Shown one piece after another: positions 17,951 to 27,855 of a DNA stretch of 64,000 nucleotides (within the stretch, counting starts at the first letter, position 1; every line of letters starts with the position of its first letter). The notes under the pieces were generated by a model. It was not told the DNA's origin. It did no database searches and saw nothing but the letters and a program-made list of their open reading frames with translations. The DNA is from Candidatus Atabeyarchaeum deiterrae (lineage in GTDB: Archaea > Asgardarchaeota > Atabeyarchaeia > Atabeyarchaeales > Atabeyarchaeaceae), in the NCBI GenBank assembly GCA_037310415.1, contig CP147780.1:2692680-2756679 (forward strand). The letters run 5' to 3'. The position numbers and the translations under genes were made by a program.

Positions 17951-19036
17951 ATGGATCCGGAGCACAGAATGAAATTGGTCACGAGAGGAACTGAAGAGAT
18001 CATAACAAGGGACGAACTCAAAACGCTCCTCGAAACCAAAAGCAAACCGAGAGCATACTGGGGTTTTGAGTTGAGTGGATTTCTGCACCTCGGCACAGGG
18101 CTTGTATGCGGAAACAAAATCAAGGATTTCGTCCAGGCTGGATTCGAATTCACAATACTTCTGGCTGACACCCATAGTTTCATAAACAAGAAACTTGGTG
18201 GCAAGTGGGAGAACATTTCGCTTGCGGCAGAGTACTTCAGGCACAGCTTCATTGCCTTAGGCATAGACCCGACTAAGGTTCGATACGTTCGTGCATCCGA
18301 GATCATGAACAGGTTCGATTATTGGTTCAAAGCTATACAGGTAGCGAAGAGCGCGTCCATCAACAGAATGAGACGGGCACTTCCAATAATGGGACGTGAG
18401 ATGACGGGAGAAGATATTGAGGCAGCATTCATGTGGTACCCCGCGCTCCAAGCTGCCGACATCTTCGACCTTGACCTCCATGTAGCGGCTGCTGGACTGG
18501 ATCAGAGAAAAGCACATATGTTGACGAGGGATGTTGCCGCGAAACTCGGCTGGCGACCGCCAATAAGCGTGCACACACCTCTTCTCCCAGGTCTGACTGA
18601 GACAAAGCAACGAATGGAATACGATGAGGACGAAAGAATCAGCGCAAAGATAACCAGTAAGATGTCAAAGAGTGTGCCACAGAGTACTATCACCATACAT
18701 GATTCGCCTCAAGAGATAAGGGACAAAATCAAGGGAGCCTTTTGTCCTCCGAAACAGCTTGAAGGGAATCCAATTACAGAAATAGTTCGTTTGATCATAT
18801 TCCGAGAAGACGACGCAAAGCTGAACATCATTAGACCAGACAAATATGGAGGCTCACTTGAACTCAAAAGCTATTCTGAACTTGAAAGAGCGTACCTACA
18901 AGGGAAGCTACACCCAGTTGATCTGAAGCAAGCTGTCGCTGACTCGCTGATAGATACGCTCAAACCCGTGAGAGACTACTTCAGTAAGAATCCTGGACCG
19001 TTGGAAGCAATGAGGAAAGTGACGATCACCAGATGA
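17951..19036 (+). CDS. tyrS: tyrosine--tRNA ligase, archaeal type
   Basis: YWGFELSG.LHLG, YPALQAADI, GLDQRKAH, KMSKS, LHPVDLK. Confidence 0.95.
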   Translation: MDPEHRMKLVTRGTEEIITRDELKTLLETKSKPRAYWGFELSGFLHLGTGLVCGNKIKDFVQAGFEFTILLADTHSFINKKLGGKWENISLAAEYFRHSFIALGIDPTKVRYVRASEIMNRFDYWFKAIQVAKSASINRMRRALPIMGREMTGEDIEAAFMWYPALQAADIFDLDLHVAAAGLDQRKAHMLTRDVAAKLGWRPPISVHTPLLPGLTETKQRMEYDEDERISAKITSKMSKSVPQSTITIHDSPQEIRDKIKGAFCPPKQLEGNPITEIVRLIIFREDDAKLNIIRPDKYGGSLELKSYSELERAYLQGKLHPVDLKQAVADSLIDTLKPVRDYFSKNPGPLEAMRKVTITR

Positions 19037-19037
19037 A

Positions 19038-19796
19038 ATGAACAAGGATCTTGATTTTCATCGGGGATCACGCTTGGCTCCCAGAGGCACAATCAGGTTG
19101 AAGAAGCCCACTATTTTCCAGTCTAATCTGTTCCGAGGATTACCATACTGGCGTTTGTCTGTACAAGATGCTGCAATCGAGCAAATTCTAGATTTTGAGA
19201 ATGCAGACAAAGCCAATCCGCGGATTCTGGACTTGGGATGCGGGCTAGGGTATACTTTAACCAGACTCTCAACTTCCGTTCGACATGGAGCTACTCTAGT
19301 GGGAATCGACATTAGCGAGTGGGCCATTGCCCGCGCGAAGATTCTTATTCAGGAAACTGGCGACATCTCCAGAGTAAAGATCGAGTGCGCCAATGCAGAA
19401 AGCACACCATTTGGCGATGAGGAGTTTGACATAGTAATCGCCAACTTGGCTTTCAGTGTTTTCAAAAAACCTGAGAATGCAGCATCTGAAGTCGCCCGAA
19501 TCTTGAAGAAAAATGGGAGGCTTGTTCTAACTGAGGTGAACAAGGCTAGTTTATTGGGGAGACTAGGAGAGCTTGGTGATGCCCTAACTGGACGCCTCTA
19601 CTACCATCTCTATTCACCAAGTGAGCTTGCCAGGCGATTCACGATACTCGGACTGAGATTGGATAGAGTCTCAAGAATTCCTCTGAAGCTGAACTTGAGA
19701 GGACGCGTCTTGAAGATCTCCTCTAAGATCTCTCCTGTATTCCTTCTCAAGTTATCCAAACCGTCTCGCTTATATCAAGGTACAAGAATTAAATAG
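19038..19796 (+). CDS. class I SAM-dependent methyltransferase
   Basis: ILDLGCGLG, GIDIS, FDIV, LKKNG. Confidence 0.88.
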   Translation: MNKDLDFHRGSRLAPRGTIRLKKPTIFQSNLFRGLPYWRLSVQDAAIEQILDFENADKANPRILDLGCGLGYTLTRLSTSVRHGATLVGIDISEWAIARAKILIQETGDISRVKIECANAESTPFGDEEFDIVIANLAFSVFKKPENAASEVARILKKNGRLVLTEVNKASLLGRLGELGDALTGRLYYHLYSPSELARRFTILGLRLDRVSRIPLKLNLRGRVLKISSKISPVFLLKLSKPSRLYQGTRIK

Positions 19797-19931
19797 AATG
19801 ACCAAACCAATTCCCTTGTTTGTTTTGATTACGTAGTACCATGAATGAGTGTTTCAGTGGTAAAATACACTGTTTTAACAGTTTAATGCGGTAATAGAGA
19901 AGTCTGTCCTCAAAGGAGGTGTCACTAACTA

Positions 19932-20234
19932 ATGATCAGTAAGGAAGACATCATGAAGGCTCTCCAGGGTATATTTGATCCAGAGATCCCAGTGAACATA
20001 GTCGACTTGGGTCTGATCTACGAAGTCAACGTCGACAAGAGTAGCAATGTCAGCATAAAGATGACCTGTACTACTCCATATTGCCCGATGAACCGATATC
20101 TGCAACAGGAAGTAACTGACAAGACAAAGGGCATCAAAGGTGTAAAAGAAGTCAAGGTTGAAATGGTATTTGAGCCGCCTTGGACCCCTGATAGAATAGC
20201 TCCCTCAGCAAGAAAAGAGTTGAGCATCCAGTAG
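19932..20234 (+). CDS. DUF59 (SufT/MIP18-like) Fe-S assembly protein
   Basis: DPEIPVNIVDLGLIY, TTPYCP, PPWT. Confidence 0.9.
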   Translation: MISKEDIMKALQGIFDPEIPVNIVDLGLIYEVNVDKSSNVSIKMTCTTPYCPMNRYLQQEVTDKTKGIKGVKEVKVEMVFEPPWTPDRIAPSARKELSIQ

Positions 20235-20402
20235 GTTTTACAAGAGTCTCACTGAGTATTGTCTTGTGAAATCTCTTTTCTCACCATTCTGATCCGGAAA
20301 ATGAATGCGGAATTTGGGATTCTCTTCTTCCTTCATTCTTTTCCAACTCACTTTATCCTCCCAGCAAAACCTAAAATACGCAGAGGATTCTATACCTCTT
20401 CG

Positions 20403-20558
20403 GTGATCGAGATTGGTGACAAGTGGTTCTACAAGTGCCCGAAATGTGTGACCGTAACTGAAGTTGAATTCCACCCCTGGAGGGGCCAACTCGCGTGCCA
20501 TGGAGTCTGTCCAGAGTGTAAGGCGGACTTCTGGAACTTTGGTGTCTGGAAAGAGTAA
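20403..20558 (+). CDS. small zinc-ribbon protein
   Basis: CPKC...CPEC in the last ~50 codons of track ORF 20259-20558; in-frame GTG at 20403. Confidence 0.55.
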   Translation: MIEIGDKWFYKCPKCVTVTEVEFHPWRGQLACHGVCPECKADFWNFGVWKE

Positions 20559-20592
20559 AAAAGGACTCTGGCTACTCTGATAGAGAACTCAA

Positions 20593-21345
20593 TTGGATTG
20601 CGAGGTAGTAAGAGCATTGATTAATGACGCTCATGTGCATGTGGGTCCTTCAGCTCCCTGGGTTCCCGAAGTTAGCCCGGCAAGAAATATCGATGATTAC
20701 ATGAAAATCATGGAAAAATACGAAATCGGAAAAGCTATAATCTTTCCTAACCCAGGCGTGGGAGAAGGCTACGCAAAGCAGAACGATGTTATTGCACAAG
20801 CCCAGAAGAAGTACCCGAATCGAATAATAGGGTTCGGTCGGACGGATCCGAGACTAGGGGACGGAGCAATAAAGGAAGTTGAACGTTTCATCAATAAGCT
20901 GGGTTTGAAGGGTGTTAAGTTGCATCCGATAGTTGAGTGCTTCAGACCAGATCACCCAGCTTTCGATCCCTTCTTCAAGGCAATCGAAGATCTGCGTGTT
21001 CCGATACTTTTTCATTCTTCGCCTGGGTTCTTTGCCGAGCCTCATTTGATAGCTGTGGTTGCTGAGCGACATTCCAAGCTTAGAATATGCCTTGGTCACT
21101 TGTACGGCTCCATGTTGCCTATATTGGAGAAAAACAGGAATCTTTGGACTGAAACCAGTGGAGTATCTTTGCCTGCTACAGTTACTGGTGCAGTCAAGGT
21201 AGCCCCTGACAGAGTCATGTATGGATCAGATTGGCCGTATCTCAATCCGAGAGTTGAACTTGTTAAGGTTGAGGAAGGCGTTCAAAACAAGGAAGACTTA
21301 AAGAAGGTTCTTACTAGCAACTTTGACAAGTTCGTCGCAATGTGA
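20593..21345 (+). CDS. amidohydrolase family protein (Amidohydro_2 type)
   Basis: DAHVH, GVKLHP, FHS, LGH, YGSDWP; start may be TTG 20617. Confidence 0.88.
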   Translation: MDCEVVRALINDAHVHVGPSAPWVPEVSPARNIDDYMKIMEKYEIGKAIIFPNPGVGEGYAKQNDVIAQAQKKYPNRIIGFGRTDPRLGDGAIKEVERFINKLGLKGVKLHPIVECFRPDHPAFDPFFKAIEDLRVPILFHSSPGFFAEPHLIAVVAERHSKLRICLGHLYGSMLPILEKNRNLWTETSGVSLPATVTGAVKVAPDRVMYGSDWPYLNPRVELVKVEEGVQNKEDLKKVLTSNFDKFVAM

Positions 21346-21349
21346 TAAT

Positions 21350-22432
21350 TCATGTCACGGAATCAACCTTGATTGGTCGGTTGGTTCTCGCGGATTCCTG
21401 GACTGCCATGGAGAACTGCAACACTTTCCTACCCTGCTCGCCAGACAGGATGGGCTCTTTGTTTTCTAGTATGCTGTTGATGAAATGTCGTCCAGAATCT
21501 CTGAATGAGACATCCCATTCGCACTCAATGTTGTGGAAGTAGGTTGCTTTGCCATCAGATTTGTACAGTATCAACGGAGCCATGTCAAGGAGTTGGGCCG
21601 TGCCTCTAGTGGCAAATATGTAGCCCTTGTCTCCGGTGACCTCGAGTCTGTCTTCGTCTCCATAGAATCTGCTAGTAACAAAGCAATCTGGTGACCAAGT
21701 CGTTATGAAAGCTCCGTAGGCGCCCTTCGCTTTGTATTTCCATTCAGCTACCGCTGGGCAGTCAATCTTCAATCCTGCGAGGTTCGAACACTCTATCCAA
21801 GAGAAAACCTCGTCAACTTCACCCAGAAGATACATTGCTAATGAGAAGACATGATAGCCATGATCCCAAACTATTGGTCCTCCTCCGCAAGTCTTTGGGT
21901 TGAATCTCCATGCCCACGTGTCACCGGGAATCTCCCATCCGCCCACACCACAGTTGCCAACTCTTATTACAACCATGCTTGGTGTGCCTATTTCCTTCTT
22001 ATCTATTAACTCTCTCACCTTTACGTGTGGAGGGTAGAAGACGAAGTTCTCGAACACTTTGAATTTTACCCCGGCTTTTCTTGCAGCCAAGATCATCTCA
22101 TCTGCTTCCTTGAGATCCATTGCCATTGGTTTCTGCACCGAGACATGCTTCCCTGCCTCTGTAGCAGATATTGCGACATCATGATGAAGATGATGAGGCA
22201 AAAGAATCTCTACAACATCAACGCTAGGGTCCTTCAAGAGTTTGGCGTAGTCAGTGTAGTACTTCTCAGCGCCCCATATCTTAGCTTTCTGCTTCGCCTT
22301 TGCCTCAACACTGTCACAAGTGGCAACTATTCTCGCTTTCTTGAAGTCTATATACGCTAATGCATGAAGGTCAGAGATTCTGCCACAGCCAATGAAACCA
22401 ACGCCGAGAGGTTTGCTCGAAGCCAAACTCAC
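21350..22432 (-). CDS. Gfo/Idh/MocA family oxidoreductase
   Basis: GFIGCGRI, GKHVSVQKPMA, GGG..WDHGYH. Confidence 0.9.
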   Translation of the reverse strand: MSLASSKPLGVGFIGCGRISDLHALAYIDFKKARIVATCDSVEAKAKQKAKIWGAEKYYTDYAKLLKDPSVDVVEILLPHHLHHDVAISATEAGKHVSVQKPMAMDLKEADEMILAARKAGVKFKVFENFVFYPPHVKVRELIDKKEIGTPSMVVIRVGNCGVGGWEIPGDTWAWRFNPKTCGGGPIVWDHGYHVFSLAMYLLGEVDEVFSWIECSNLAGLKIDCPAVAEWKYKAKGAYGAFITTWSPDCFVTSRFYGDEDRLEVTGDKGYIFATRGTAQLLDMAPLILYKSDGKATYFHNIECEWDVSFRDSGRHFINSILENKEPILSGEQGRKVLQFSMAVQESARTNRPIKVDSVT

Positions 22433-22538
22433 ACAACCTCCATAAAACCAGAAAAAACTTGCCGAACCCTCAACAGATGTATTTCTAAATGAACAAGTTA
22501 TTATATATTGTCTACTTTGGTCTCCTCCTTATTTGATT

Positions 22539-24221
22539 TCACTTGCTTATTGTATTCTGTTCATCTCTTGCTCTTAGTATAGCTCCATTAGTTGCTGACG
22601 TTGCGAACATTGAATATCTCGCGAGATATCCCTTTATCTTTCTCGTGGGTTTTCTCCATATGCGCAAACGTTCCTTCAATTCTGATTTAGGCACATTCAA
22701 TTCTATTCTTCTTTGAGGTATATTGTACGAGATGCTGTCCCCATTCTCGACCGCAGCGATTGGTCCTCCCTCGATGGCTTCGGGTGAAACATAGCCTATC
22801 GCCGGACCTCTTGTCGAGCCTGAGAACCGACCGTCGGTTACCAGGGCAACACTAGAGTCAAGCTGCATACCAACTAACATCGCTGTGATAGCGTGCATCT
22901 CTCTCATTCCGGGGCCGCCTTTTGGCCCTTCATAGCGGATCACAATTACTGAACCTTTCTCTACTCTGCCGTTGACCACTGCCTCCGTAGCCTCTTCCAT
23001 TGAGTTGAAAACATTCGCAGGCCCCTCATGTTCCAACATTGCAGAGTTGACCGCCACTTGCTTTACTAGCGCTCCCTCAGGCGCTAGGCTGCCTTTCAGA
23101 ACGGCTACGCCTCCCTCCTTGTGCACAGGAGTATTGAAAGGTCTTATTACCTCAGGTCTTCTGGTTCTTTCAACGCCCTGAACATAAGACTTGAGAGGTT
23201 CTCCAGTTACCGTCATCGCTTCCCAGTTGATGAGGCTTGAGAGTTCATTAAGCACAGCAGGGATTCCACCCGCTTCGTCAAGATCTTCCAGTGTATATTC
23301 CCCTGATGGAACGATAGGGCATAGATGGGGCGTCTTCTTGCCAGCTAGGTCAATGTCGTCGAAGGTTAGCTTGATGCCAAGTTCATTGGCTATCGCGGGA
23401 ATATGCAAGCATGCATTCAAGGAGCCTCCTATCGCCATGTCGACTGTTAGAGCATTCTCAAAGGCATCGCTGGTCATAATCTTTGAAGGTGTGATGTTCT
23501 TTGAGAGTAGATCCATGATTCGCTTTCCGCTCTCCTTGGCGAGCCTGAGCTTCTTGGCACTAACAGCATGAGTAGTTGCACATGTGGGCAGACACATTCC
23601 AAGAGCTTCGGTTACACATGCCATGGTGTTGGCCGTTCCCATCATGGCACACGATCCAGGACCCGGGCAGGCAGTGTCTTCAATGCGCTCCAATTCCTTC
23701 ATGCTTATTTCAGCTTTCCTTGCCTTAGCCGAATACTCGCGTATTTGGGTTGTTGTGATCTTCCTTCCTTTGTAAATGCCCGGAGCCATTGGCCCTCCTG
23801 TCACAACTATTGTTGGAATATCTAGTCTCGCAGCAGCCATTAGGTGTCCAGGAACAATCTTGTCGCATGATGAGATCATGACCATGGCGTCGAACTGATG
23901 CCCTTGTATCATTACTTCAACTGTGTCTGTGATAAGATCCCTGCTTGGCAATGAGTATTTCATGCCTACGGTTCCTTGGCATATACCGTCGCATATTGCT
24001 ATTGTATTGAACTCGAATGGCATTCCGCCCGCACTCCTGACACCAGTCTTGACTGCTTCAGAAATATCATTAAGATGTATGTGACCAGGAACAATCTCAC
24101 TGTAGGAGTTTACCACGGCAACCCAGGGTTTCGAAATATCGGAACCCGTTAGTCCCAAGGATTTAAGGAGTGCTCTCTGGGCGGTTCTGTCAATTCCAAT
24201 CTTCATAGCTTCGCTTCTCAA
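22539..24221 (-). CDS. ilvD: dihydroxy-acid dehydratase (IlvD/Edd family)
   Basis: [45 protein letters not shown]. Confidence 0.9.
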   Translation of the reverse strand: MRSEAMKIGIDRTAQRALLKSLGLTGSDISKPWVAVVNSYSEIVPGHIHLNDISEAVKTGVRSAGGMPFEFNTIAICDGICQGTVGMKYSLPSRDLITDTVEVMIQGHQFDAMVMISSCDKIVPGHLMAAARLDIPTIVVTGGPMAPGIYKGRKITTTQIREYSAKARKAEISMKELERIEDTACPGPGSCAMMGTANTMACVTEALGMCLPTCATTHAVSAKKLRLAKESGKRIMDLLSKNITPSKIMTSDAFENALTVDMAIGGSLNACLHIPAIANELGIKLTFDDIDLAGKKTPHLCPIVPSGEYTLEDLDEAGGIPAVLNELSSLINWEAMTVTGEPLKSYVQGVERTRRPEVIRPFNTPVHKEGGVAVLKGSLAPEGALVKQVAVNSAMLEHEGPANVFNSMEEATEAVVNGRVEKGSVIVIRYEGPKGGPGMREMHAITAMLVGMQLDSSVALVTDGRFSGSTRGPAIGYVSPEAIEGGPIAAVENGDSISYNIPQRRIELNVPKSELKERLRIWRKPTRKIKGYLARYSMFATSATNGAILRARDEQNTISK

Positions 24222-24372
24222 AGATTCCGAACACCTCGCTGAGAATCCGGGTGCAGGATAGACAAAACTTATCAGATTAGATCATTCTACGATGTGCCCA
24301 GGAATATGAAACATGTTGATCATTCCCTTGATCATAAGCGTAATCCATATTTAGCTTCTCCATCGTCTTGTT

Positions 24373-25203
24373 TTGGGTTGGTGTTATTCATTGGTTTTCG
24401 GGTTTGTTGCTTTTCCCCGTAAGCTGGAAGATTACTTGCCTTGGGCTGCAGAGAATGGTTTTGAGCATATCGAGATTGATGGAACTATTCCATCCAATTT
24501 TCCTTATGAGTTCTCGAGACACCGGGTGGAGTCTCTGCTGGAACAAGTGCGTCAACTTGGAATCACATTGAGTTATCACACATCATATGCAGTGAATCTG
24601 GCTGATCCACTCAGAGAGCTTAGAACTGCGGCAAGGAATCTGATTGGTCGATGCATGGAGTTAGCATACAAGTTGAAGGCAAAGTGGATAACGATTCACC
24701 CTGGCTATAAGATTGGCTGGCCTGACCAGAAGAATGAAAGGGTGCCATTCTTTGTTGAGTCCCTGAAGTATCTGCTGGAGAAGGCCGAAAAACAGGGTGT
24801 CCAGATTGCAGTTGAGAACCTTAACAGACTTATGCAAGGTGAGGTATTCTACCTTGGAGATTGCTTTGATCAACTGCGGCAGATTTTCTCATCATCAAAC
24901 TCGAAGTTCCTGAAGATGACGTTGGACTTTGGCCATGCGCATCTGAATGAGGGGGTAGAGAAGTATCTGAGGACCTTCGCTGATAGGATTATTTGTACGC
25001 ACATTCATGATAATATGGGACAGGGAGTAGATCAGCACCTGCCTGTCGGCAAGGGCAGTATAGACTGGAGAAGAGCCTGCAAAGTTATCAAAGGGATCGA
25101 CTATACAGGTCCCTTGTGTTTCGAGGTTTACTCCGACGAAGAAAAGATAGCCGGAATGAAAATGCTTCGTAGGCTGCTGGGTGAGGAGCAGAAAGGAGAA
25201 TAA
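24373..25203 (+). CDS. sugar-phosphate isomerase/epimerase family TIM-barrel protein
   Basis: TIHPG, AVEN, TLDFGHA, HIHDN, DQHLPVGKG, FEV. Confidence 0.85.
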   Translation: MGWCYSLVFGFVAFPRKLEDYLPWAAENGFEHIEIDGTIPSNFPYEFSRHRVESLLEQVRQLGITLSYHTSYAVNLADPLRELRTAARNLIGRCMELAYKLKAKWITIHPGYKIGWPDQKNERVPFFVESLKYLLEKAEKQGVQIAVENLNRLMQGEVFYLGDCFDQLRQIFSSSNSKFLKMTLDFGHAHLNEGVEKYLRTFADRIICTHIHDNMGQGVDQHLPVGKGSIDWRRACKVIKGIDYTGPLCFEVYSDEEKIAGMKMLRRLLGEEQKGE

Positions 25204-25225
25204 GAGCAAGTCTTCTGGTTCTTGA

Positions 25226-26182
25226 TTATTCTTCTTTCACATAGTTCCTTAATATTCCAATTGACTCTATTTCAGCTTCTATTATGTCCCCAGGTTTCAA
25301 GAGTCTGGGTTCTGGTTTAGCGTAGATTCCAACGCCACCTGGAGTGCCAGTAGCAATAATATCTCCAGGTTCCAGAGTTATGGACTCTGAGATGAAGGAG
25401 ATGATACGTGGGATCTTGAAGATCATGTTGTTCGTAGAGCTGCTTTGTCGCACTTCACCGTTGACTTTCAACTGTATCTTCAGGTTGAGCGGATCTGGTA
25501 TCTGATCTTTTGTAACGAGGCATGGACCCATGGGCGCGAATGTGTCGAAGCTCTTCCCCCTGAAAAACTGCTTGTCGTTGAACTGTATGTCTCTCTCTGA
25601 TATGTCGTTGAGGATAGTATAACCCACAACATGTTCGTATGCTTCTTCTTCAGGAATTCTTCTGCCCTTCTTTCCAATCACTACAGCCAGCTCGACCTCA
25701 TAGTCTAATTTCTTTCCCATCCTAGGGTAGATTACTGCGTCCTCTGTGCCTACGATGGCGGTCCAGGGCTTAGTGAATAGAACCGGATTCTCGGGTGGTG
25801 GGCGTCCACCTTCTTTGGCGTGATCTGGGTAATTAACTGCAAGACAGAAGATGTTTTTTGGGGTTCGAGGAATCGGTGCGAGGATCTTGATCTCTCCAAG
25901 TTTGTACGCAACCGTTTCCTTGCCTCTCTTGAACTTGAAAGTATCGCCAGCGATTTCCGCTTCAATTCTGTGAGCTAGGTCGCCTATTTTTCTCAACGGC
26001 GTGTCGCCGAGCGCGAAAAGCCTCAATAGGTCGGGGGGAATATCTCTGATTGCATCAGTTGGACTGATATTGTTGTATGAGGCGTAGGCAGAGTTCAAGT
26101 CAAGGACGATCATGCCCTGCTTGACTAATGCTCCTAAGCGCTGTTCACCGCTAGTAGATACCTTGAATGTTACCAGTTTCAA
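25226..26182 (-). CDS. fumarylacetoacetate hydrolase family protein
   Basis: NYPDH, DYEVEL, NDISERD, GKSFDTF, ATGTPGGVG. Confidence 0.92.
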   Translation of the reverse strand: MKLVTFKVSTSGEQRLGALVKQGMIVLDLNSAYASYNNISPTDAIRDIPPDLLRLFALGDTPLRKIGDLAHRIEAEIAGDTFKFKRGKETVAYKLGEIKILAPIPRTPKNIFCLAVNYPDHAKEGGRPPPENPVLFTKPWTAIVGTEDAVIYPRMGKKLDYEVELAVVIGKKGRRIPEEEAYEHVVGYTILNDISERDIQFNDKQFFRGKSFDTFAPMGPCLVTKDQIPDPLNLKIQLKVNGEVRQSSSTNNMIFKIPRIISFISESITLEPGDIIATGTPGGVGIYAKPEPRLLKPGDIIEAEIESIGILRNYVKEE

Positions 26183-26198
26183 CGTCTTGAGCCTCTTG

Positions 26199-27053
26199 TC
26201 ATCTTAGACCGATGATCTTCTTAGCTTCGCTTGGCTCAGCGACTTCCCGACCCATCTCCTTTGCTAGCTTAACAAGGTTCTCCACCAACTGAGCAGTGTT
26301 CTCGGCCGGCACACCTTTCTTCACATATGGGTAGTCTTCAGTTCCAACGCGTACATGCCCGCCATCCAGTATTGAGAGTACTGCAATCTTTTGTTGGTCG
26401 GATCCCATTACGCTGATTGCATAGACGGAATCAGGTGGGAGGTACTTCACTCTGTAGAAGTACTCTTCAGAAGTTGCAGGACTCCAAGTTCCACCAGGCC
26501 AACCAAAGAATAGCGTCTGGTAGTGTGGCGGCTCAAGCAACTTCTTCTTTATCAGGTAATTCAGGTTCCATATTGAACCTGTATTCCAGACTTCCCACTC
26601 TGGCTTTATTTTGGTCGCCCTGCATTTCTTGCAGTACTCTTCAAGCTCCTCGCGGGGGTGCAGCCTGTGGAAGTCTTTCCCAGTGAACGCTTCGTCGTGG
26701 TGATTCAGAATTATCGAGATCATGTCGGGTTTATTCTCGAATATCTCTTTGCGCTCTTCGATAGGTTGGCTTGACATGCCGGCTTGAATGATGATGTCGC
26801 ACTTATCGCGGATCCCGCTTATGGTTTCTTTCCAGCCGCCAACTCCGTGGATGTGTGCAATGCTTGCTCCAGCTTCATAGCACTTTACGATTTCGTCGAT
26901 TATTCCATCTGCTGTCTTTGGGTAGTTGGTCAGTTCGGGGTTGATCCATGAGAAATTCGGCGTTGCTGTGATGATCAGCTTCTCAGTCTCATTCTTCTTC
27001 GATAACATAAATCGGCCCACCATCCTTTTGGTTTGAATTGCCAGAGTTACCAT
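26199..27053 (-). CDS. beta-keto acid cleavage enzyme (BKACE/DUF849) family protein
   Basis: KLIITA, AGASIAHIH, KPEWE, GGHVRVGTED, GREVA. Confidence 0.85.
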   Translation of the reverse strand: MVTLAIQTKRMVGRFMLSKKNETEKLIITATPNFSWINPELTNYPKTADGIIDEIVKCYEAGASIAHIHGVGGWKETISGIRDKCDIIIQAGMSSQPIEERKEIFENKPDMISIILNHHDEAFTGKDFHRLHPREELEEYCKKCRATKIKPEWEVWNTGSIWNLNYLIKKKLLEPPHYQTLFFGWPGGTWSPATSEEYFYRVKYLPPDSVYAISVMGSDQQKIAVLSILDGGHVRVGTEDYPYVKKGVPAENTAQLVENLVKLAKEMGREVAEPSEAKKIIGLR

Positions 27054-27830
27054 TTATCGGGCGGCCCATCCGCCATCCATGAGAATATCGGCTCCAGTCA
27101 TATAAGAGGATTCATCACTTGCTAGAAACAGAATTCCTGTTGCAACTTCTTCTGGTTTAGCCCATCGACCCATAACGCCTTGTGATTCAAACTCCTTTCT
27201 CAGGTCTTCTGGATCCATGTTGCGTTGCTTCGCTTGTTTAGCGACGTCGCTTCGAAGCATCGGCGTGTCCGTTGCGCCCGGGCTCACACTATTGACTCGG
27301 ATGTTGTAAGGTGCCAAATCCAGCGCGAGTGCTCTTGTCATGGCAAGCGAGCCTGCCTTTGAAGCACAGTAGAGCGAGTGATTGACTTGCCCGACGTGCG
27401 CTGCAATGGAGGCCAAGTTCACTATTACTCCAGATTTCTGTTTCTTCATATGGGGAACAACAAACTTGCAGCAGAGAAATACTCCTTTCACGTTGGTTCT
27501 GAAAAGCAGGTCGAAGTCCTCCTCGCTGTAGTCGTCCAGTGAGCCAACACGGACGACTCCTGCGTTGTTCACGAGTATATCTATCCGCCCGTACTTCTCA
27601 AGTGTCTTGCTAACCATGTTCTGAACCTCTGAGGATTTCGATATATCCGTCTTAATGAAGAATGCTTCTCCCTTCTCTTTCTTGATTTGAGCCAAGGTTT
27701 CTTCACTGCCTTTGAGATCAACATCTGCAAGGACAACTTTGGCCCCTTCTTTGACAAAGAGGACTGCTGCTGCTTGGCCTATTCCAGAGGATCCTCCTGT
27801 GATTATGGCAACTTTGCTTTTTAGTTTCAT
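27054..27830 (-). CDS. SDR family oxidoreductase
   Basis: TGGSSGIG, NNAG, YCASK, DGG. Confidence 0.92.
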   Translation of the reverse strand: MKLKSKVAIITGGSSGIGQAAAVLFVKEGAKVVLADVDLKGSEETLAQIKKEKGEAFFIKTDISKSSEVQNMVSKTLEKYGRIDILVNNAGVVRVGSLDDYSEEDFDLLFRTNVKGVFLCCKFVVPHMKKQKSGVIVNLASIAAHVGQVNHSLYCASKAGSLAMTRALALDLAPYNIRVNSVSPGATDTPMLRSDVAKQAKQRNMDPEDLRKEFESQGVMGRWAKPEEVATGILFLASDESSYMTGADILMDGGWAAR

Positions 27831-27855
27831 TGATTCTCACCCCAGCTTTGAACTC

